This document shows positions 57,797 through 64,000 of a DNA stretch of 64,000 nucleotides, piece after piece; within the stretch, counting starts at the first letter, position 1, and every line of letters starts with the position of its first letter. A program made the position numbers and the translations under genes. Source of the DNA: Kiritimatiellota bacterium (lineage in GTDB: Bacteria > Verrucomicrobiota > Lentisphaeria > Oligosphaerales > JAADHN01); NCBI GenBank assembly GCA_013151865.1, contig JAADHN010000141.1:7812-71811 (forward strand), given 5' to 3'. The notes beneath the pieces are model-generated. The model was given only the letters and a program-made list of their open reading frames with translations. It did not search any database and was not told the origin of the DNA.

Positions 57797-59233
57797 TCAA
57801 AAGGAAAGCAGACACTGCCAGATGTAGGTGTAGGCCAGTGCATCCACATCTTCCCAGACCCGCTGGAGGAGGCCTTCGTCCCCCGTGACTCCCGGAAGTT
57901 CGGCGCGCTTTTCCGACCACGGAACACAGACGCCCGGGGCGCGCGATCCGACGGCGGCGGGCGGGGTCTCGGCAGTCGCTGCTTGGCCGTCTGCAGCGGA
58001 ACACACAGGCGGCGCGGTCGGGGTGTAGGCAGGGCCGTTGTAACCGCCGAATTCTCGACCCGCTTCGGTCATGGCCTGAATGTTTTCGATACGCGCCGCG
58101 TTCTGAACGATGGCGGACGCGTCGAGGATATAGCCGCCGTCCCGTCCCACGCCCTCGATGACCTTCCGGCAGTACTCCCGCACTTCTTGCGGTGCGCCCA
58201 GCGCCAGCAGCACATTCGGAATGCCGCCGCTCAGGCAGAACTTGTGCCCGATTTTCCGGTGCGTCTCGAAGATATCCGCTTGATCCACATGGTACACAAT
58301 GCTTTGGTCCGGGAGTTCGGCGAATCTGTCGAGATGCCGGTTCCAGTCACCCTCGGCATAGAAAAGGACCTGGTGTCCCCGGGCCCACAGCTCCTCGATG
58401 ACGGGTTTGGTCGTGGCCCAGTAGAACCGGTCGAATGTTTCCGGGGTGACGAACGGGACGCAGCCACGGTGCATCCAGAACCCGACCGGCACCGTACAGG
58501 CGGGATCCGCGCTGGTGTGGGCCACGTGCACGAGATGCGGGGCGAGTGCCTCGCAGGCGGCCATGACCTTGTCGGGTCGTTCCATGACGTCCATGGTCAG
58601 ACCGATGTACCCCCGCAGCTTGTCCGCAATGATATCGAACGGGGCCTTGAGGATGCCTGCAATGGCGGACACGGTGCCGGTTTCTGTGCGGAGACGTTCG
58701 ATCTGAGGGCCGAACGCATTGAAGTACGACAGCATGGCCATGCCGCCCTTGAGAAAGGACAGGTTGTTGCGGAACGTGACCGGTTCGCCGAGGGGCGCGA
58801 CGTCCGCCGAAACGCGCGGCAGCCAGACATTGAAGAGGTAGCCGGTGGGATCGTCGATGAGTTGGTCGTATTCTTCGGGCTTCATCCAGGCTTGTTCCGG
58901 CGGCGGCTCGCGGTATTGAAACCCCATGTCCGGCGGGACCTCGATCCCGGGAACCCCGTAGTATTTGAGCCCGATGGCTTCGGTCAGCCCAGTCCAGACA
59001 TACACCATGTTGGCCACGACTGCATCCCAGTCGAAGTCCGCAGCGCACCGCCGGACGGCGTCGAAAGCTTTCTCGTAGTCGTGCGTCACTTCCTGGCACG
59101 TGTATCCACAGTACTTGGCTGTGAACTCGGCCACGAACGGGCGGATCGGGACGCAGTCGGGTTTTTCGTTTCGTAGTGCCGTTGCGTACCGTTTCAGGCG
59201 TTCCCGGTACAGTTCCTCGGGGGATTGCGTCAT
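57797..59233 (-). CDS. Uroporphyrinogen decarboxylase-family protein
   Basis: EKPDCVP, MKPEEYD, APFD..D.LRG, FYWATTK, YAEG, CLSGGIP, GGYILD. Confidence 0.8.
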   Translation of the reverse strand: MTQSPEELYRERLKRYATALRNEKPDCVPIRPFVAEFTAKYCGYTCQEVTHDYEKAFDAVRRCAADFDWDAVVANMVYVWTGLTEAIGLKYYGVPGIEVPPDMGFQYREPPPEQAWMKPEEYDQLIDDPTGYLFNVWLPRVSADVAPLGEPVTFRNNLSFLKGGMAMLSYFNAFGPQIERLRTETGTVSAIAGILKAPFDIIADKLRGYIGLTMDVMERPDKVMAACEALAPHLVHVAHTSADPACTVPVGFWMHRGCVPFVTPETFDRFYWATTKPVIEELWARGHQVLFYAEGDWNRHLDRFAELPDQSIVYHVDQADIFETHRKIGHKFCLSGGIPNVLLALGAPQEVREYCRKVIEGVGRDGGYILDASAIVQNAARIENIQAMTEAGREFGGYNGPAYTPTAPPVCSAADGQAATAETPPAAVGSRAPGVCVPWSEKRAELPGVTGDEGLLQRVWEDVDALAYTYIWQCLLSF

Positions 59234-59506
59234 GGGTCCAAACCTCCCATTGTCTCGACAACGGTCCATTTCCGACTATTCGCCGTGTGCCGGGATTTTC
59301 AAGCTGCAGTGGAAAGGGCAACAACGCGCCGACAGAGATCGGCAGGTCGGCTCGACCGGGCGGTCCGCGCAGGCAGGCCCTGCAATCCTTTTTCTCGCGG
59401 CCATGTCGACTCCGATTTGACGCCGGGACATTTGCGGGGACTGTAATCGGCAATATGTTAGGGATTGTTCTTCATTCCGCTTGTCGTTGCGATGTTCCTT
59501 TCGGAT

Positions 59507-59584
59507 GGTGGCTGTAGCTCAGGTGGTTAGAGCGTCTGGTTGTGGCCCAGAAGGCCGTGGGTTCGAGTCCCATCAGCCACCCCA
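59507..59584 (+). tRNA. tRNA-His (GUG)
   Basis: G-1 plus GTGGCTG/CAGCCAC acceptor stem, anticodon loop TTGTGGC, GGTTCGAGTCC T-arm, encoded CCA. Confidence 0.95.
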
Positions 59585-59683
59585 TCTCCCCTCTTGCCTC
59601 TGTCCTCGGGCAGTTGGCCTGCATCATGCATGAGTCGTCTTCCGCGCATGAAGTTGCCGGCGTACTTCCGCTCCTGTCCTGCC

Positions 59684-60679
59684 TTATCTGCACCACAGAT
59701 CACGGTATTTTTCCATGGCCCGGACGCCGGCCTCGATGTTTTCGACGGGCGTGCCGGGGTACACCCCCCAAACCAGACTCAGGCCGCCTTGGGGCGAGCC
59801 CAAGGTTTCGATGCACACGCGGATGTGCGCGTCCACCTCGGCCGGCGTGCCGAAGACCGTGATCTTCTGTCGGTCGATATCGAGTGAAATGTGCACCCGC
59901 CCTTTGGCGAGACGGGCGAGATTGTCGAGTCCGTTGACCAGATCTTGGGGGTTCAGGTCCGTCACTCCCACTTCGATCAGATCGGGAATGACGTCGACGA
60001 TGTAACCGTCGGTATGGAACTTGACGGAGCCCTCCCGTTCCCGGGCCACACTGAAGATTCGACGGAAGCCCGGCTTGACCAATTCCCGCCAAGCCGCCGG
60101 AGAAATGGGCAGTCGCTCCTGGAGTCCCAAGTCGTCCCCGCCGGCCAGATGTGTCGCGCCCAGCTCGAAATGGGCTTGCACGATCCGCCGCCAGTAGTCG
60201 GTCACGGTATCCCGAAGTTCGAATAGCCTCGGGTCTTGGTCCGCCACGTCCATCATGAAGTTCTCGAATCCGCGCAGATAGCTGAGACGCAGAAAGAGGA
60301 ACCCATGCTCCAGTCCGGCCGCGGCAAGAGGACGGCCGTCGGCTTTCCGGGCCTCGGCGTCGCGCCGGATCGCCTGGATCAGCGGTTCGGGCGACGGTGG
60401 GCGCCACGCATCGAGCTTGTCCCAGGAGTCCAGCGGGTGCTCGACGACCTGACCATCGAGGCCCATGCCCGGGAAGTGCCAGAGGCATCCCCAAGCGTCC
60501 CGGGCCTTGTGTTCCTTGGCTCGCGGCGAATTCCGCCCTTCCTTCCCGCCCAACGGGACGTGGGGACATTCGCGCCGCAGTTTTTCCAGGCGCGTCTCAT
60601 ACCGCTCCCAAATGGTGAAATTGATTCCCACTCCGCATCGGACCACGGGGTCGAGGCCGCGCTGTTTTTCGTCCGACAT
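59684..60679 (-). CDS. Uroporphyrinogen decarboxylase-family protein
   Basis: DAWGCLW..VEHPL, YLRGFENFMMD, DDLGLQ..ISP, FHTDG, DIDRQ, GTPVENIEA; alternative start at 60730. Confidence 0.8.
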   Translation of the reverse strand: MSDEKQRGLDPVVRCGVGINFTIWERYETRLEKLRRECPHVPLGGKEGRNSPRAKEHKARDAWGCLWHFPGMGLDGQVVEHPLDSWDKLDAWRPPSPEPLIQAIRRDAEARKADGRPLAAAGLEHGFLFLRLSYLRGFENFMMDVADQDPRLFELRDTVTDYWRRIVQAHFELGATHLAGGDDLGLQERLPISPAAWRELVKPGFRRIFSVAREREGSVKFHTDGYIVDVIPDLIEVGVTDLNPQDLVNGLDNLARLAKGRVHISLDIDRQKITVFGTPAEVDAHIRVCIETLGSPQGGLSLVWGVYPGTPVENIEAGVRAMEKYRDLWCR

Positions 60680-60744
60680 GATGCCCTGTGTCTCCTGTGC
60701 TGCAGGAACCGTTTGCCGGGACCTGGTCATGGCCCCGGAGACCG

Positions 60745-61818
60745 TCAGACTTCCACTTCCCGGCCCGTTTCATAACTGCGGTACAGTCCGTTCAGGATGC
60801 GCATGACGATGAGACTCTCCTCCGGCGGCACCGGGGAAGGCTGTCCTTTCAAAGCGGCCAGAGCGAATTCGAGCAATTCGGTATGGTGGCCGTCCACTCG
60901 GTCGTCCGGGAACGACAGTTTGGTATCCGTGAGGCATCCGGCTTCCTCACCGTGAATGGTGAGTTCCGGCCATTCCGCCCCGGCCTCCGTCCCACAGAGG
61001 ACGATGCGCTGGTACTCACGCTCTTTGATGTTCAGCAACCACGAACACTCGAGCGAAAGGGCCGCACCGTTGGCGAAACGGACAAACCCGGCGGCAAAGT
61101 CCTCGACGCTCATTCGCTCCCGGTCCCATTCGCCCCATCCACCGCGAATGTCCGTTCGCTTGCCCAGCTTGCAGGGGGTAATCCCCGTCACGGTCACGGG
61201 ATCGGGAAAGCCCATGAAATGAAGCGCCAGGTCCAGGATGTGGACACCGATATCGATGCACGGCCCGCCTCCGGACTCCGACTTGGTGATGAAACTGGGG
61301 CGCACCGGCAGGTTGCGGCGCCGCAGAAAATGGGCGCGGCAATAATAAACGTCGCCGAGGGCCTCAGTATCGAGATAGGCCCTCAGATTCTGACTCGAGC
61401 GCAGGAATCGTTGATGCTGGGCGGTCATTAGGATTTTGCCGGACTCGTCTCGGGCGGCGATCATTCGGCGGATTTCGTTCGGGGTCGGCGCCAGCGGCTT
61501 TTCGCAGATCACATGTTTTCCCGCTCTGAGGGCGTTGATGCTGATCTCTGCATGAGCGCCGTTGGGCACGCAGACGTCCACGGCATCGATGTCCGCTTTC
61601 TTCAGCATATCCTCATGAGTCGAGTACCACTGGTCCGGGGGGATTTCGAATTCGGTCCCACGCCGTTCGAGGGCTTCCGGCAGGATATCGCAGATCGCGG
61701 AGACCTCGCATTGCGGGTAAAGTCGGTCCCAGCCCGTAAGATGCACGTGGGAAATGCCTCCGCACCCCACCAACCCCACTTTCAGACGCGGCTGAGACTT
61801 CGGACGCTGTTTCGCCAT
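60745..61818 (-). CDS. Gfo/Idh/MocA family oxidoreductase
   Basis: VGLVGCGGI, VPNGAH, GKHVICEKP, GGGPCIDIGVHILD, VED. Confidence 0.9.
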   Translation of the reverse strand: MAKQRPKSQPRLKVGLVGCGGISHVHLTGWDRLYPQCEVSAICDILPEALERRGTEFEIPPDQWYSTHEDMLKKADIDAVDVCVPNGAHAEISINALRAGKHVICEKPLAPTPNEIRRMIAARDESGKILMTAQHQRFLRSSQNLRAYLDTEALGDVYYCRAHFLRRRNLPVRPSFITKSESGGGPCIDIGVHILDLALHFMGFPDPVTVTGITPCKLGKRTDIRGGWGEWDRERMSVEDFAAGFVRFANGAALSLECSWLLNIKEREYQRIVLCGTEAGAEWPELTIHGEEAGCLTDTKLSFPDDRVDGHHTELLEFALAALKGQPSPVPPEESLIVMRILNGLYRSYETGREVEV

Positions 61819-62290
61819 GGTCGCAGACTCCTTGTTCTTCGGTTGCCCCCAAGACCGACGCGAGCAGGCCGGACAAACCGTACCAACGCCTCGTGCTCCC
61901 AAACGATCGGACGACCCGCGTTCCCGCCATCATCAATGCGGTTCACGTCCCTTCTTCGGACGGAACTCAGGGGGAGCCATGCAGGGACAAACACAGGACC
62001 TTACGAATATAGGTGTATTCGTGATCCACGTCGAGCCGTCGGAACTTGCCTCGCCGGCGTCGGGAGCCGGTGCGTGCCCGGCACGCGGTGCTTCGCTGAG
62101 CGAGTTTCCCTTGGTTTCGGGTCGACAACTTCCCCGAGTGTCGGCATGTTACGGCAAGGTTTTCGCAAAAAGACTAACGACTTCACGCACAGGCTGCCGG
62201 CCGTCGTCCGCGCAGGAGCGGACCCGACCGGCAAGTGCCCGAGGGCCGACGCTTCTGAAGCGAGGGTCGGAAAAGCATAGGAATTCGAAG

Positions 62291-64000
62291 ATGACATTGA
62301 ACGGGAAGATCGCACCTGCCGCCACGCCGGTTGCCCCCGAGCGCCTGCGTCAGAACGGCCCCTGGGGGGACATGCTCCGAGACTACGCTCAAACCTGGAT
62401 GATGCACGTCAATGAGGACTTGCTCCTGGACGGTTTCCGCAACCGTCCGGGCCTCCAGGCCTGGATCGGGGAACACATCGGCAAATTCATGCTCGGCGCG
62501 TTGCCTGCCGCGGCCATGCTGGGCTTCGGGGAACTGCGTGCCAAAGTGGGACGGCTTGCCCGCGGCCTGATCGTCTCCCAAGAGCCCGACGGCTACCTCG
62601 GCACGTACGTCGGGCACCGCTTCCAAGGGCCCTCGCCCGACAACCCGCGGGATGTCTGGGATATCTGGATTCACAAATACTGCATCCTCGCCCTGCTCGC
62701 CTATTGGGCCGCCACGGGCGAGCAGACCGCGCTTGACGCCGCCGCGCGCGCCGGCGACCGCCTGAGGGAAGAATTCGGCCCCGGCAGACGGGACATCAAT
62801 GCCACGGATCGGCATTGCGGTCTGGCCAGCGGTTCTGTCCTGGAACCCATCGTCGGCCTCTATCGAGCCACGGGCGAGGAACGCTTTCTCGAATTCGCCG
62901 ACCATATCGTCACCGGTTGGGAAACGGGCGACCGCCCGGGCATCGTCGGCAAACTGCGCGCCCGTGAAGACATTGCCACCATCGGCAACGGCAAGGCGTA
63001 CGAAATGATGAGCTGCTTCGTGGGCCTGCTCGAATACGCCCGCATGACCGGACATCGGGAGTTCATCGACATGGTTCTGGACGCCCGCAATCAGCTCGCA
63101 GACACTCAACGTTATCCCACCGGGGGCATGAGCAGCGGCGAATTCTTCCTCCGCCCCGGCATGCTGCCGGAGTCCGCGGACATCGAGACCTGCGTCACTT
63201 TTACCTGGATGCAGCTCAATCTGCGTCTCTATGAACTCTGCGGCGACGAACGCGCCCTGGACTTGGTCGAGGAAGCCGGATGGAACCAGTTGCTCCCCGC
63301 CTTCAGTCCGACCGCCGACACTCTGTCGTACTTCCTGAGTATGACCGGTCCCAAACGTTTTTTTCGCAAATGGATCCATGGTACCGACGGCAGTGCGTAC
63401 GAAACCGCGCCCATCACCTGCTGCCACAATAACGGACATCGCGGTCTGACGCTTCTGCCCCAGTTCGCCTGTGCGCGCACTTCCGACGACGCCGTTGCCG
63501 TCAACTTCTACAGCGAGGGCCGTTGGGAGATCGAACTGGCCGACGGGCGACGCGTCCGCGTCGAGCAATGCACCGATTGCCCCCACAGCGGCAACGTGCG
63601 CATCGAGGCCACCACCTCGGACCAGAGCGCCTGCGAACTCCGCCTGCGGGTCCCGTACTGGGTGGAAAGCATGACCGTCAACGGACAGCCCGTCGACGCG
63701 GGTGCACGCCGTGTGACCGTGCCCGTGCAGGGGCGTGGCCTTTTCACGCTCGATATGCCCATGCGTCCCCGCATTGTCTTTTCGGGGTTCGGGGCGCGCG
63801 GCAAGGCGTCGGTGGCCCGCGGCCCCATCATCTATGCCCTGGACCAACCGCCGCCTGGTCTCGAGCTGGACCAGGTGGCACTGGACCTCGGCTGCGGCGA
63901 CATCACGGCACGCATCCGGGAAGAAAAGCAGGACGGCTGGACCATTCTCCGTGTGCCCGTTGCCGCCATCCCGGCAACGTCTGTGTCCGCCGGTCTTCCC
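62291..64000 (+). CDS. GH127/GH146-type beta-L-arabinofuranosidase-like glycoside hydrolase (truncated by the window end)
   Basis: Read by hand: MTLNGKI..WIGEHIGKF..QEPDGYLGTY..WDIWIHKY..GKAYEMMS..TGG..E..IETCVTFTW..TCCHNNG..RGPIIYA; frame open to 64000. Confidence 0.85.
   Translation, partial: MTLNGKIAPAATPVAPERLRQNGPWGDMLRDYAQTWMMHVNEDLLLDGFRNRPGLQAWIGEHIGKFMLGALPAAAMLGFGELRAKVGRLARGLIVSQEPDGYLGTYVGHRFQGPSPDNPRDVWDIWIHKYCILALLAYWAATGEQTALDAAARAGDRLREEFGPGRRDINATDRHCGLASGSVLEPIVGLYRATGEERFLEFADHIVTGWETGDRPGIVGKLRAREDIATIGNGKAYEMMSCFVGLLEYARMTGHREFIDMVLDARNQLADTQRYPTGGMSSGEFFLRPGMLPESADIETCVTFTWMQLNLRLYELCGDERALDLVEEAGWNQLLPAFSPTADTLSYFLSMTGPKRFFRKWIHGTDGSAYETAPITCCHNNGHRGLTLLPQFACARTSDDAVAVNFYSEGRWEIELADGRRVRVEQCTDCPHSGNVRIEATTSDQSACELRLRVPYWVESMTVNGQPVDAGARRVTVPVQGRGLFTLDMPMRPRIVFSGFGARGKASVARGPIIYALDQPPPGLELDQVALDLGCGDITARIREEKQDGWTILRVPVAAIPATSVSAGLP

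Noticed and set aside
59507-59700. tRNA-His as a possible island integration site
   Set aside because: No integrase nearby and no duplicated tRNA 3' end seen in the window.
1-64000. CRISPR arrays, cas genes, transposases, prophage genes, rRNA
   Set aside because: None recognised; repeats occur as isolated pairs, not regularly spaced arrays.

Overview
GC-rich 64-kb chromosomal window. Its gene content (many secreted, poorly classified glycoside hydrolases, a sulfatase, PQQ-like propellers, several URO-D-like proteins) suggests an anaerobic polysaccharide degrader, probably PVC superphylum (Lentisphaerota/Kiritimatiellota-like); this is inference only. Contents: about 12 CAZyme-like genes (GH28-like, DUF4855, GH116, GH33/BNR, GHL10, GH99-like, GH57/38-like, GH127); a TMTC-like GT-C/TPR plus GT2 glycosylation pair; modA/modB with a two-domain ModA; a Fur/PerR-led oxidative-stress cluster (fur, rbr, rubredoxin-like, ferritin, zwf, rubredoxin); pilT-like; ppdK; three alpha/beta hydrolases; tRNA-His. 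No transposase, integrase, CRISPR array or rRNA was seen. Signals missing from the ORF track: a 32-aa extremely basic ORF (52429-52527); a DUF3634-like gene with an in-frame TGA followed directly by a hairpin (10259-10537); an IS1380-like MITE in two inverted copies (one between the putative Fur box and fur); 57-bp palindromic direct repeats bracketing an AAA+ ATPase; a nested palindromic element at about 38.0-38.3 kb; and a sigma54 promoter with an upstream palindrome. Two genes (zwf, C-N hydrolase) carry single-base frameshifts that may be assembly errors. All family calls come from motif recognition by eye, not database searches.
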